The notes under the pieces: model-generated
The model's database searches: none
What the model saw: the letters and a program-made list of their open reading frames with translations, nothing else
What the model was told of the DNA's origin: nothing
Position numbers and translations under genes: made by a program
Assembly: GCA_024653355.1 (NCBI GenBank)
Contig: JANLFQ010000001.1
Location: 640,576-704,575, forward strand
Length of the DNA stretch: 64,000 nucleotides
Direction of reading: 5' to 3'
Source of the DNA: a candidate division WOR-3 bacterium
GTDB lineage: Bacteria; Hydrothermota; Tepidihabitantia; Tepidihabitantales; Tepidihabitantaceae
Part shown: positions 1-9,895 of the stretch, piece after piece
Layout: each line of letters opens with the position of its first letter
Numbering within the stretch: position 1 is the first letter of the stretch

Positions 1-12
1 GCAATAAATTTA

Positions 13-64
13 TAATATTAAATATTAACTATATAAATAATAAATAATATTAAATATTTGTCAA
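13..64 (-). promoter_or_regulatory. Sigma70-type promoter firing leftward out of the window, overlapped by two AT-rich palindromes (candidate operator)
   Basis: Minus strand TTGACA(64-59)-N16-TATTAT(42-37); TAATATTAAATATT at 13-26 and 45-58. Confidence 0.45.
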
Positions 65-107
65 CAAAAAAATAATATGTAGTTCCGGATGTAATTACAA
101 ACCGTAA

Positions 108-518
108 TTACTTCTTTGCTATTAGCCCCTGCGCCAGTTGTTCTAAGGTGTCGATAAAAACCTTCAGGTTTTGGTCGGGGATGCGCCGCATCATCTTCAC
201 CAACCCCTGACGGTTCAACTTTGCCAGTTGCTGCGCCGTCTTAATTCCAGCCGGGGTTAATTGTACTAAAACCACCCGCCGGTCTTCAGTAGACCGGTCA
301 CGCTCTACCAACCTTTTCTTCACTAACCGGTCCACAAGACCACTGGCATTGGCTTTAGAAATTCCCAGAACCTCAGCCAGCTTATTCATACTGGTCTGCC
401 GCATATTCAATAAGGTTATAAGTACCATTGCCTGGGAAAAAGAAAACTCCTGCCCTAACGCCTCAACCGAACTCAATAGCCTCAAACCCCGGACAAGAAT
501 CGGTCCGAGCCATTCCAA
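108..518 (-). CDS. MarR-family winged-helix transcriptional regulator
   Basis: 136 aa; LAEVLGISKANASGLVDRLVKKRLVER and DRRVVLVQLTPAG MarR motifs; start uncertain (TTG, or in-frame ATC at 551). Confidence 0.9.
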   Translation of the reverse strand: MEWLGPILVRGLRLLSSVEALGQEFSFSQAMVLITLLNMRQTSMNKLAEVLGISKANASGLVDRLVKKRLVERDRSTEDRRVVLVQLTPAGIKTAQQLAKLNRQGLVKMMRRIPDQNLKVFIDTLEQLAQGLIAKK

Positions 519-644
519 TTTTGTTAAATAAAAATCCTCTTTTTTGCCGATGTATTATTATTCTATTTTTACAGCGGTTGTCAATCACAACCCTGATGAT
601 TAAAAAACCGGTGCAAAGATTAAAACAAGCCTCCCCTATTTATC

Positions 645-672
645 TTGACTTTTATCCTCAATGTCATACTCT
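645..672 (+). promoter_or_regulatory. Putative sigma70 promoter of glyA-eno-ftsB
   Basis: TTGACT-N16-TACTCT; SD AAGGAG at 705-710. Confidence 0.55.
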
Positions 673-717
673 TTTTATTAATGAAAAACATTAAAGTAAA
701 AAGTAAGGAGTTAAATT

Positions 718-1998
718 ATGACGGCAAAAAAACTATTGGAAATTGACCCGGAAGTTTTCGACGCAATTGTCAAAGAAACCGACCGGCAGCACTCCAATTT
801 AGAATTAATCGCTTCCGAAAACTTCTGCTCGGAAGCGGTACTTGCGGCACTTGGGTCGGTTTTAACCAATAAGTATGCTGAAGGTTATCCGAAAAAAAGG
901 TATTACGGCGGATGCCGATATGTTGACATTGCCGAAGAGTTAGCAATTCAGCGCGCCAAGGAGTTGTTCGGCTGTGACCACGCCAATGTCCAGCCCCATT
1001 CCGGCACACAGGCGAATATCGCCGCTTATTTAACACTGGCTCAACCCGGTGACACCATTATGGGACTGTCGCTTTCGCACGGTGGCCACCTTTCCCATGG
1101 CCATCCGATAAATTTCTCAGGCCGCTATTTCAAGGTTGTTCATTACACCGTTGACCCGAACACCGAAATGCTCGACTATGAAGCGATTCGAAAACTGGCG
1201 CGGGAACACAAACCACGGGTCATTGTTAGCGGTGCATCTGCTTACCCGCGGATTATTCACTTTGACCGATTTCAGGAAATCTGCGATGAGGTTGGTGCCG
1301 CCCAGCTTGCCGATATCGCCCACATTGCTGGTCCGGTTGCCGCGGGTCTGCATCCATCACCCGTCCCCTATGCTGACATCGTTACGACGACAACTCACAA
1401 AACCCTGCGCGGTCCCCGGGGCGCAATCATAATGTGTAAGGCAAAGTATGCCGAAGAACTGGACAAAGTAGTTTTCCCGGGCACACAAGGTGGTCCGCTT
1501 GAGCATTGCATTGCCGCAAAGGCGGTGGCTTTCAAAGAGGCTCTAACACCCGAATTCAAAGAGTATCAGCGCCAAACTCTTGCCAATGCCCGAACCTTAG
1601 CCGAAGAGTTGGCGAAGCGGGGCTTCCGCCTCTGTACCGGCGGCACCGACAACCATCTGATGCTCGTTGACCTGCGGCCGAAGAACATCAAAGGGCGCGA
1701 TGCAGAACGGCTTCTGGGAAAGGTCGGTATCACCGTCAACCGCAACACCATCCCCTTTGACCCGGAAAAACCTTTCATCGCCTCGGGAATGCGGCTGGGC
1801 ACTCCCGCACTCACAACCCGCGGTATGAAGGAACCGGAAATGGTAAAAATTGCCGAACTGATTGACCGAACCATCACCGCTGGTGAAGACGAAACTCAAC
1901 TGGAAAAAATCAAAGCCGAAGTTAAAGAACTGGTTGACGCCTTTCCGCTTTATCCGGAACGGCGAGCCGAGTATCAAACCATCCTTTCCAAGGAGTAA
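718..1998 (+). CDS. glyA: Serine hydroxymethyltransferase
   Basis: [37 protein letters not shown]-lysine motif. Confidence 0.98.
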   Translation: MTAKKLLEIDPEVFDAIVKETDRQHSNLELIASENFCSEAVLAALGSVLTNKYAEGYPKKRYYGGCRYVDIAEELAIQRAKELFGCDHANVQPHSGTQANIAAYLTLAQPGDTIMGLSLSHGGHLSHGHPINFSGRYFKVVHYTVDPNTEMLDYEAIRKLAREHKPRVIVSGASAYPRIIHFDRFQEICDEVGAAQLADIAHIAGPVAAGLHPSPVPYADIVTTTTHKTLRGPRGAIIMCKAKYAEELDKVVFPGTQGGPLEHCIAAKAVAFKEALTPEFKEYQRQTLANARTLAEELAKRGFRLCTGGTDNHLMLVDLRPKNIKGRDAERLLGKVGITVNRNTIPFDPEKPFIASGMRLGTPALTTRGMKEPEMVKIAELIDRTITAGEDETQLEKIKAEVKELVDAFPLYPERRAEYQTILSKE

Positions 1999-2000
1999 AA

Positions 2001-3281
2001 ATGGCACGACCAACAATCGCCCGTTTTACCGCCCGAGAAATCCTTGACTCTCGGGGTAACCCAACGCTGGAAGTTGATTGCATCCTCGCGAACGGAATTA
2101 TGGGAAGGGCATCGGTGCCGTCCGGCGCCTCGGTTGGTTCCTTTGAAGCCCTGGAACTCCGCGACAAAGACCCGAACCGCTACCATGGTAAAGGCGTGCT
2201 CAAGGCAATCGCCAGTATTCACGATGTCATCGCGCCGCGCCTGGTAGGAATGGATGCCACCGACCAGTTTCAAATTGACCGCATGTTGATTGAACTGGAC
2301 GGCACAAAAAACAAATCAAGACTCGGTGCCAATGCCATCCTTGGCGTTTCGCTTGCGGTCTGTCGCGCGGCAGCGGTCTGCGCCGGACTCCCCATCTATC
2401 GGCTGCTGGGTGGTGCTGGAACCAGATTCACCCCAACCCCATTCCTCAATATTATCAATGGCGGGCTCCACGCCCCTAACAATCTTGACTTTCAAGAGTA
2501 TATGATTGTCCCTGCTGGATTACCAACCTTCCGGGATGCGATTCGCGCGGCAGCGGAAATTTACCAGACGCTAAAGAAAATTCTCGAAAACCGGAACCTT
2601 CCAACAACAGTCGGAGATGAAGGTGGAATGGCACCCAATTTTGCAAGCAACGAAGAGCCACTGCAAATCATCATGCAGGCTATCGAGCAGACAGGCTACC
2701 ATCCGGGAGAACAGGTCTACCTGGCAATTGATGTTGCCGCCAGCACCATTTACCAGGACGGAGTCTATCTTCTCAGCAATCCTGAAGAACGAACCGTCAC
2801 CGCCAATGAACTGATTGACCTTTATAGCGAATGGATTGAACGCTACCCGATAATCTCAATTGAAGACGGACTGGCAGAAGAAGACTGGGCTGGCTGGCAC
2901 GAATTAACCTCCCGATTGGGTAAAAGGGTTCAACTGGTCGGCGACGACATCTTTGTCACCAACATCGAACGGCTCCGTCGGGGCATTCAGGAAGGTGCCG
3001 CCAATGCAGTTCTGGTAAAACCCACCCAGATTGGTACAGTAAGCGAAACAATCGACTGCGTTAAAGTGGCGATGGAAAACGGCTACCGCGCCATCGTCTC
3101 GCACCGTTCTGGTGAAACCGACGACCATTTTATTGCCGACCTTGCCGTTGCCGTTAACTGTGGTCAGATTAAAACCGGTGCCCCCTGCCGGGGTGAAAGA
3201 ACCGCTAAATACAACCGACTGATCCGGATCGAAGAAGAAGACCGGCTTCCCTACGCTGGTCTAAAAACTCTTTTACGATGA
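2001..3281 (+). CDS. eno: Enolase
   Basis: [37 protein letters not shown] motifs. Confidence 0.98.
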   Translation: MARPTIARFTAREILDSRGNPTLEVDCILANGIMGRASVPSGASVGSFEALELRDKDPNRYHGKGVLKAIASIHDVIAPRLVGMDATDQFQIDRMLIELDGTKNKSRLGANAILGVSLAVCRAAAVCAGLPIYRLLGGAGTRFTPTPFLNIINGGLHAPNNLDFQEYMIVPAGLPTFRDAIRAAAEIYQTLKKILENRNLPTTVGDEGGMAPNFASNEEPLQIIMQAIEQTGYHPGEQVYLAIDVAASTIYQDGVYLLSNPEERTVTANELIDLYSEWIERYPIISIEDGLAEEDWAGWHELTSRLGKRVQLVGDDIFVTNIERLRRGIQEGAANAVLVKPTQIGTVSETIDCVKVAMENGYRAIVSHRSGETDDHFIADLAVAVNCGQIKTGAPCRGERTAKYNRLIRIEEEDRLPYAGLKTLLR

Positions 3282-3550
3282 GTGGTAAGCGCAAAAGTGT
3301 TTTGCTTCTTACCGGGGGTACGCTGCTCCTGCTTAGCCTCATATTCCTCCCTGGCCCCAACGGACTGGTGCGGGTACTTTTGAAACTGTACCGTATCAAA
3401 CAGCACCAGACCGCCATCCTTCAATTGAAAAACGAAGCAGACACACTGGAACAAAAAATAAAACTCTGGCAGGACCCGCGTTATGCCACAAAAATGGCAC
3501 ACAATGTTTTCGGTTCCGACACAACGCCACACTCGGACACGATAAAATAA
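3278..3550 (+). CDS. ftsB: Septum formation initiator (FtsB/DivIC family)
   Basis: N-terminal TM helix, G-x-x-G, coiled coil; classic position downstream of eno with ATGA overlap. Confidence 0.75.
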   Translation: MSGKRKSVLLLTGGTLLLLSLIFLPGPNGLVRVLLKLYRIKQHQTAILQLKNEADTLEQKIKLWQDPRYATKMAHNVFGSDTTPHSDTIK

Positions 3551-3553
3551 TCG

Positions 3554-4327
3554 CTAAATCGGGGGAAACAAAACCTGGGGTTTTCCGGTACAAGGATGCT
3601 TTGTAACAACCGGCTCCAAACCATAGGCGGCACGAATTAAATCAGGAGTCAAAACCTTCGCTGGAATATCACAGGCGACCGTTTTGCCCTGAGCCAGTAA
3701 AAGTAACCGGGAACATAATGCCGCTTCATTCAAATCGTGGGACACCAGCACAATCGTCTTTCCTTGCTCATTTAGAATCTTCAGGATCTGCAACAATGCC
3801 ACCTGATGCGCAAGGTCAAGGTGAGAAGTCGCTTCATCGAGCAAGAGAATTTGTGGCTCCTGGGCAAGTGCCCGAGCAAGCAGCACCCGTTGTTTTTCAC
3901 CCGCCGATATTGAGTTGATACTTTTTGTTGCCAGCATCTGCACCCCGGTCAACTTCATTGTCTCCGCAACCTTGTTCAAATCCTCCTGCCGCGGCCGCTC
4001 GAGAAGTTTGAGATAGGGATTACGTCCCATCAGCACCACCTCTTGTACGGTCCATTCAAAGGCAAAAAAACTCTCCTGCGGGACTAAGGCAATTGTTTGG
4101 GCAATTTCCTTTCGAGATAAACGGTTAATTTCCTTCCCCAGAACATTAACAACACCTCGCAGTGGTCTTAATGTCCCATTAAGCAAACGCAAAAGGGTTG
4201 ATTTCCCCGAACCATTCGGGCCAATGATGCCCAAAAACTCACCCGATTCTATCGCGAGAGAAAAGCCATCAAAAATCAATTCGTTGCCATAGCCAAAACT
4301 TAAACCTTCGGCAGTTAGCGCTTTCAT
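3554..4327 (-). CDS. Cobalamin/Fe-chelate ABC transporter ATPase (BtuD/FepC-like)
   Basis: GPNGSGKS Walker A, ISAGEKQR signature, LLLDE Walker B, SHDLN. Confidence 0.93.
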   Translation of the reverse strand: MKALTAEGLSFGYGNELIFDGFSLAIESGEFLGIIGPNGSGKSTLLRLLNGTLRPLRGVVNVLGKEINRLSRKEIAQTIALVPQESFFAFEWTVQEVVLMGRNPYLKLLERPRQEDLNKVAETMKLTGVQMLATKSINSISAGEKQRVLLARALAQEPQILLLDEATSHLDLAHQVALLQILKILNEQGKTIVLVSHDLNEAALCSRLLLLAQGKTVACDIPAKVLTPDLIRAAYGLEPVVTKHPCTGKPQVLFPPI

Positions 4328-5271
4328 ACCCTGGTTCGCAAGAGATAGATAAAGAAAGGTACACCGACCAGCGCCGTAACAACTGATAACGGTAAACCTG
4401 TTGGCGTCAATGTGCGGACCAGCACATCGGCAAATAGCAAAACCCCGGCACCGAGCAGAAAAGAGCCCGGCAAAACCTGACTGTGTTTTGGACCAAATAG
4501 CATCCTTACCAGATGAGGAACCACCAAACCAACAAAACTTATTGCCCCGGTCCAGGCAACAATCAAACCAACCGCAACCGACCCTACCAGAAAGACCATT
4601 CTTGTCAACCGCTGAACATCAACCCCCAAACTCAGCGCTGTTTCTTCGCTCAGGGAAATAACATCCAGCTCCCGATTATGAACCATTAACCAGCCACATC
4701 CGGCCAGTGCTAAAATCGCAGAGATAACAAAAAGAGCAAGTGACTTTCGGGTAAAGACCACCGTCAAACTCCCCATCATCAGGTAAACCGCCTCGCCAAG
4801 TGATCGATGCGAAATAACCATTACCAGCATCACCAAACTGGAGAAGAAAAAACTGACAATAACTCCGGCTAAAACAAGCCGAATAACAGTTAAACCGCCT
4901 CGCCCCCGAGCAAGAACATACACCAGTGCGATTGCCAGAACCGCTCCTGAAAAAGCAAAAACTGGTAAAAGTACACTTGACCCGGTGCCGGTAACAATGG
5001 CAAAAGCCGCCCCTAGTGCCGCACCACTCGCAACACCAAGCGTCCAGGGGTCCACCAGCGGGTTGCGCAACAGCCCCTGGAATGCACCACCTACTACCGC
5101 CAGTACCCCACCAGCAACAACGCCCACTAAAACCCGGGGCAACCGGAAAAGAAGCACCTGGTTGAGTATACGATAAGAAAAACCCCCAGGCCCGGTTAAA
5201 ATTGAAAGCACTCCACTAAAAATCAACAAAAGAACTATTACGGCCCAGCTCAATCGCCTTTTTGAACTCAC
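4324..5271 (-). CDS. Cobalamin/Fe-chelate ABC permease (BtuC/FecCD family)
   Basis: RLPRV, FQGLLRNPLVDP, GAISFVGLVVPH motifs; hydrophobic. Confidence 0.93.
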   Translation of the reverse strand: MSSKRRLSWAVIVLLLIFSGVLSILTGPGGFSYRILNQVLLFRLPRVLVGVVAGGVLAVVGGAFQGLLRNPLVDPWTLGVASGAALGAAFAIVTGTGSSVLLPVFAFSGAVLAIALVYVLARGRGGLTVIRLVLAGVIVSFFFSSLVMLVMVISHRSLGEAVYLMMGSLTVVFTRKSLALFVISAILALAGCGWLMVHNRELDVISLSEETALSLGVDVQRLTRMVFLVGSVAVGLIVAWTGAISFVGLVVPHLVRMLFGPKHSQVLPGSFLLGAGVLLFADVLVRTLTPTGLPLSVVTALVGVPFFIYLLRTRV

Positions 5272-6113
5272 TACCGAAACCTCTCGGGATGGAGTATCCG
5301 AGCAAGTAGTATCACACCATCAACGACCCTGGGACCAGGACGAAAAAAAAGGTCTTCATCCAGACCGGTGTAAATTCTTCCCGAAAGCACGGCATTGATA
5401 TTTGACCAGCCTACGCGCTTTTTTAACTCATCCTTATTAGCCAATGGATGGAGTAAGAGAATTACATCCGGATTTTCCTGGACAACCGCTTCCGGGTCAA
5501 CAACCGGGTAAGGTATATTAAGGTGCTGAAAAATATTTTGTCCGCCTGCCCGGGAGATGATGTCATTGATAAATACCCCCTGACCAACACTCATCAGTGG
5601 CGCCATTGAAATTTCGACATAAACTTTCGGCTTATAAGAAAAGGTTGGCAATGAATCAAGTCGGCGGCGTAAAGCGGCCACCAACCTTTCCGCTTCCTTT
5701 GTCCGTCTTAGTATCACACCCACGGACTCAATCTCAGCAAATACCCCTTCAACATCAGCCGGATTCGACACATAGACCTGCACTTTAAACTCCGCAAGCC
5801 TTTCGATAAGACGTTGATGTATTGGCTGAGTGGCAAAAACGACATCAGGTTTCAAAGATACAATTCGTTCAATGTCCGGAGATTGAAAATCACCAACCTT
5901 GGTCTTCTCCTTGGCAGCCGGCGGGAAATCACACTGATTTGTCGTTCCAACAAGCATATCCTCTGCTCCAATGGCAAAAATTATTTCTGTTACACTGGGC
6001 ACAAGCGAAACACATTTTACCCTCTTTTCTGGTATCTGGCGCTCTTTATGGACACCACAATTGACCACCATCAACATGATCAGCCAAAGGGCGCAACCTG
6101 AGTAGCGCATCAT
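5271..6113 (-). CDS. Cobalamin-binding periplasmic lipoprotein (BtuF-like)
   Basis: Lipobox VVNC; SLVPSVTEIIFAIG, CDFPP, PDIERIVSLKPD, RPGPR. Confidence 0.88.
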   Translation of the reverse strand: MMRYSGCALWLIMLMVVNCGVHKERQIPEKRVKCVSLVPSVTEIIFAIGAEDMLVGTTNQCDFPPAAKEKTKVGDFQSPDIERIVSLKPDVVFATQPIHQRLIERLAEFKVQVYVSNPADVEGVFAEIESVGVILRRTKEAERLVAALRRRLDSLPTFSYKPKVYVEISMAPLMSVGQGVFINDIISRAGGQNIFQHLNIPYPVVDPEAVVQENPDVILLLHPLANKDELKKRVGWSNINAVLSGRIYTGLDEDLFFRPGPRVVDGVILLARILHPERFR

Positions 6114-6890
6114 CTACTCTTCCACATTTTGGGTCTTGTGAGCAAAAACCAGATAAGCAGTATGTGCTACCATTCTGTCTACCGGCCGAATCCCGGTCTC
6201 GCGCAAAAATAAACCCCGTTCAAGAATCTCTTTTGCCCGAACGCGCACAAACCCTGCCGCTCCCAGTGCCGAATTAAGCCGCCGTAACTGCTCTACGGTC
6301 GGCACCAGTGCCGCAAGGGCATAACCACTCTTCAAAGCCTGCCGCGCCGGTTTGACGAGAGTCCAAGGTTCAGGCACATCAAGAAAAACCGCATCCACCT
6401 CTTTTTGCTGAAAGCCCTGTTCTGCTGGGTCTAAAACGAAAAATTCACAGACCGCTTCCAGCCCATATCTTGCGACATTCTCCTGCGCGAGGGTGCTAAA
6501 TTCCGGCCGTCGCTCATACGAATAAACCCGCCCCTGCGGCCCAACAAACGAAGCCAGAACCACTGTCAAACCACCGGACCCTGAACCCACTTCAATAACC
6601 CGGGCTCCGGGAAATACGAGTGTCTGCAGCAACATAAAACCCGTGTCTTTGGGATAAACCACCGTCGTTTTTCTCTTTACCTTCAATAGCAGGTCAGCCA
6701 GCGTTGGCTTAAGAATATAGAATTTCGTGCCCAGTTGAGTTTCCACCCAATCGCCATATTCCTTGCCAATTATATCTTTAAATTCCACATTGCCTCGATG
6801 GGTTGAAAACTTCCCTTGTTCCTCCACGCGGATAAGAAACTTCATATCTTCGGAATGGTAGAGCAAAACAAAATCACCACACCTGATCAT
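6114..6890 (-). CDS. trmI: tRNA (adenine58-N1)-methyltransferase
   Basis: VYPKD, EVGSGSGGLT, FLDVPEPW, HTAYL motifs. Confidence 0.9.
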   Translation of the reverse strand: MIRCGDFVLLYHSEDMKFLIRVEEQGKFSTHRGNVEFKDIIGKEYGDWVETQLGTKFYILKPTLADLLLKVKRKTTVVYPKDTGFMLLQTLVFPGARVIEVGSGSGGLTVVLASFVGPQGRVYSYERRPEFSTLAQENVARYGLEAVCEFFVLDPAEQGFQQKEVDAVFLDVPEPWTLVKPARQALKSGYALAALVPTVEQLRRLNSALGAAGFVRVRAKEILERGLFLRETGIRPVDRMVAHTAYLVFAHKTQNVEE

Positions 6891-6896
6891 TAGCTG

Positions 6897-6924
6897 ATTG
6901 TAAAATTTTGGCTCAACAGGTCAA
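6897..6924 (-). promoter_or_regulatory. Sigma70 promoter giving leaderless trmI-btu transcript
   Basis: TTGACC-N16-TACAAT-6 nt-ATG; no SD. Confidence 0.7.
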
Positions 6925-6964
6925 GTTCACCAGTCTCTGTTGCGCTTTTAACTTAACCGTATCC

Positions 6965-6992
6965 TTGACTTTTCTACCTTAGCGAATATCAT
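6965..6992 (+). promoter_or_regulatory. Sigma70 promoter giving leaderless NHL-protein operon
   Basis: TTGACT-N16-TATCAT-7 nt-GTG; no SD. Confidence 0.7.
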
Positions 6993-6999
6993 CCTAATA

Positions 7000-8295
7000 G
7001 TGTTTGCAGTATTAACAACTTTACTATTTGCCGAAGCAACAACATTGGTCGCACCACCATTTTCCCACACCCTTGGATTCACCCGGGTAAGTAGTTTTTA
7101 CCTCAATATGTTCCTCGGCAAAGATTTTCGGGTTGATAATCCCCAGGGGTTAGCCTGTGCCAAAATCAAAGAAGAGGAAGACACCACCACTTGGCGGGAT
7201 GATGCCCTGCTGACCCTGTTTGCCGTAAACTCCAACACCGGGCAAATTGTCTACAACGTCAAACTCGTCCGGCCGGGCATTTTTGGTGCTCAAGGACAGG
7301 GTGTAGGTCAATTCAACCACCCCCATGGAATCACCTGCAATGAAGACGGTGATGTCTATGTGGCTGACACCGACAACAACCGACTGGTTCGGTTGCGCTA
7401 CACCGGTGGTAAACTCCATTGGGTGACCGTAGTTGATTCAACCTTAAATCACCCTTATGATGTTACGATGGATTCCAAGGGTCGAGTGTTTGTCACCGAT
7501 ACCGACAACGACCAAATCGTCGTTTATGCCCCGGACAACAACCGAATCGCCACCTTAACCCCGGGGCTAAAAAAACCGAGCGCGATTGCGATTCTTGACC
7601 ACCTTGCCCCTTTTAATGAAACCGGTCTTGATTTACTGGTAGTCGTTGACCATTCAGGCACAACCGTAAATCAGCTGTCAACTTCCGGTGAAATTTTGCG
7701 CTCGGTCGATTACCGACGCATCGGATTGGATAGCGCTTATTTTGCCTATTGTGCCTTTGACCGCCATGGTAATGTTTATGTAACCGACATGCTAAATTCC
7801 CAGATTCACATCTTCGCACCGGGTTTAAAATACATCGTTTCCTTTGGCCGTACCGCATCAAGTAAATCTGACCAGCCCGTTTTCAATGCACCGCGCGGTA
7901 TCGCAATTGGTAGGAAATTTGGTCAACTGTTTGTCAGTGAAGCCGATGGAGGTCAGTACTATTTAATTGCGCTTGATGGTTACCTCATCGGTTGCTACCC
8001 GGAACAGTTCAAAGCCGACAAACCCGGCACCACCATCGCGCTCTATCTCACTCAACGGGCTGAAATCATCGTTGAAATTAGCGATTCCACAGGCAACATT
8101 ATTAGAAGCCTTACGCCCCCCTATCACCAGGGACCGGGCGAAGTTCTTATCGTGTGGGACGGCAGAGACAACGAAGGTAACATCGTCCCTATAGGTGAAT
8201 ACCATATTAAAACAATTATCCGCCCCACCTACTCACGCCCGAGGTATACATTAAAAAAAGAGCTTTTCACCCGGGTTGTGCGTCTACCGGGATAA
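7000..8295 (+). CDS. Secreted NHL-repeat beta-propeller protein with C-terminal FlgD-Ig-like domain
   Basis: FNHPHGI...VYVADTDNNRL NHL repeats; IVWDGRDNEGNIVPIGEY FlgD-Ig motif; hydrophobic N-terminus. Confidence 0.8.
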   Translation: MFAVLTTLLFAEATTLVAPPFSHTLGFTRVSSFYLNMFLGKDFRVDNPQGLACAKIKEEEDTTTWRDDALLTLFAVNSNTGQIVYNVKLVRPGIFGAQGQGVGQFNHPHGITCNEDGDVYVADTDNNRLVRLRYTGGKLHWVTVVDSTLNHPYDVTMDSKGRVFVTDTDNDQIVVYAPDNNRIATLTPGLKKPSAIAILDHLAPFNETGLDLLVVVDHSGTTVNQLSTSGEILRSVDYRRIGLDSAYFAYCAFDRHGNVYVTDMLNSQIHIFAPGLKYIVSFGRTASSKSDQPVFNAPRGIAIGRKFGQLFVSEADGGQYYLIALDGYLIGCYPEQFKADKPGTTIALYLTQRAEIIVEISDSTGNIIRSLTPPYHQGPGEVLIVWDGRDNEGNIVPIGEYHIKTIIRPTYSRPRYTLKKELFTRVVRLPG

Positions 8296-8307
8296 TTTAA
8301 GGAGGAG

Positions 8308-9246
8308 TTGAGTTATATGATTAAGAAATTAACCTTGCAGATTTGTGTTATACTATTCACTTCTCTCTGGGCAACAAAGTACGCCGGGGATTTTGAAGAG
8401 CTCGGAACATCAGCGCGTGCCATTGGTATGGGAGGCGCGGTCACCGCCAGCGCCAACGACCCCAGCACGATTTACTACAACCCGGCACTCTCCTCTCGGC
8501 TTGCGCGAAACTCAGTGCTGCTAATGCACTCCGAAGACTTTTCCGGACTTGTAAAACACAACTTCGTCGGCATCAGTTTTCCGGATGGGTGCCAGGCTTT
8601 CGGCTTTGCTATCCTGCACAATGGCATACCCGGTATAAAACTTACGAAAGTGCCCGATTCAACTCAGGAACCCGGGGAAAACAACCGCCCCTATGTGGAT
8701 AAAATTGTCAACGCCAACCAGCTTGTCGGATACTTCAACTACGCGCGGAATTTATCTTCCCGGCTTGCCCTGGGCGGTAACGCCAAAATTATCTATCAAG
8801 AACTCGGTGGCACCGGTTCCTGTCTTGGAATGGGGGTTGACCTTGGTTTGATTTTGACACCAATCGTCGACATCAATCTTGGCTGCCGGATTCGCAACAT
8901 CAGCACCTCGCCTCTTTTCTGGAACACCGGAAGAAAGGAATACATCACCCCTCGAGCCGCTTTGGGTATCAGCAAACTATTTACCTTCGGCCACAACCGT
9001 CTCCAGCTCGCGGTTGAAGTAGAAAGCAACTTTGAAGAAAAAACATTGCTGCCCAACTTCGGAATTGAATATGCCTTTCGCGAAGCTCTCTTCGGGCGAA
9101 TCGGCATATTCCGTAACAACTTCAGTTTTGGACTGGGATTTAAATTCAAGCGTTTTCATATCGACTACGGCTACGCTACCGGTACGGCTCCGGAATCCAG
9201 AGAACTGGGCACTCCGCAGCAAATCTCAGGAGGTGTTGAGTTTTAG
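8308..9246 (+). CDS. PorV/PorQ-family outer-membrane beta-barrel
   Basis: SARAIGMGGA and IYYNPA motifs; alternating beta-strands; C-terminal Phe; ATG at 8317 is an alternative start. Confidence 0.78.
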   Translation: MSYMIKKLTLQICVILFTSLWATKYAGDFEELGTSARAIGMGGAVTASANDPSTIYYNPALSSRLARNSVLLMHSEDFSGLVKHNFVGISFPDGCQAFGFAILHNGIPGIKLTKVPDSTQEPGENNRPYVDKIVNANQLVGYFNYARNLSSRLALGGNAKIIYQELGGTGSCLGMGVDLGLILTPIVDINLGCRIRNISTSPLFWNTGRKEYITPRAALGISKLFTFGHNRLQLAVEVESNFEEKTLLPNFGIEYAFREALFGRIGIFRNNFSFGLGFKFKRFHIDYGYATGTAPESRELGTPQQISGGVEF

Positions 9247-9839
9247 GTCCAGAACTCGGTCGTAAGTTAGCGCACCTCATTGCTCTCATCATCCCGATGG
9301 CGTATTACGCCATCCCTAACCGTTACCTTTCACTGGTACTGATGGCGATTGCCACCGCAATATTTCTTACTGTTGACCTGCTGCGTCTCCGGCTTAATCC
9401 CTTTAAGGATATATTTATTATTCTGTTTGGCTCACTTCTCCGGCGCAAGGAATTTTCCTCCTTAACCGGCGGTAGTTACCTTATGGTCGCTTCACTTGTC
9501 GCGATGTTACTGTTCGGCACCAACAAGGGTGTCTTAATTGCTGCAATATCTTTCTTAGCCATCGGCGACACGGTTGCCGCCCTCGTCGGGCTTTCCTTTG
9601 GTAAAATTCGGGTATTTCGCAAAACTCTTGAAGGAACTCTTGCCGGGCTATTTGCCTGCGTTGCTGTTGCCATCACAGTATCTTTTCTTCCCGGTATTGA
9701 CATGCCGTTGATTATTGGTATCATTGGTGCAATATCCGCTTCAGTCGTTGAAGCTTTGCCGTTTGAAATAAACGACAATGTCGTCGTCCCGCTTTTTTCC
9801 GGGACGGTAATGATGATTGCAACCCAGATTATCCACTGA
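9240..9839 (+). CDS. Polyprenol/phytol kinase-like membrane protein (SEC59/DGK1/VTE5, CTP-dependent family)
   Basis: GDTVAALVG, KTLEG, EINDN motifs; the N-terminal E-x-x-RK-x-x-H motif (ELGRKLAH) lies in frame upstream of the ATG at 9297; start codon unresolved. Confidence 0.75.
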   Translation, partial: VLGPELGRKLAHLIALIIPMAYYAIPNRYLSLVLMAIATAIFLTVDLLRLRLNPFKDIFIILFGSLLRRKEFSSLTGGSYLMVASLVAMLLFGTNKGVLIAAISFLAIGDTVAALVGLSFGKIRVFRKTLEGTLAGLFACVAVAITVSFLPGIDMPLIIGIIGAISASVVEALPFEINDNVVVPLFSGTVMMIATQIIH

Positions 9840-9895
9840 AGCGGAATGGCGGTAAATTTCACACTGAACTGTAAGTTAAAAAGGAGGACTGATAT

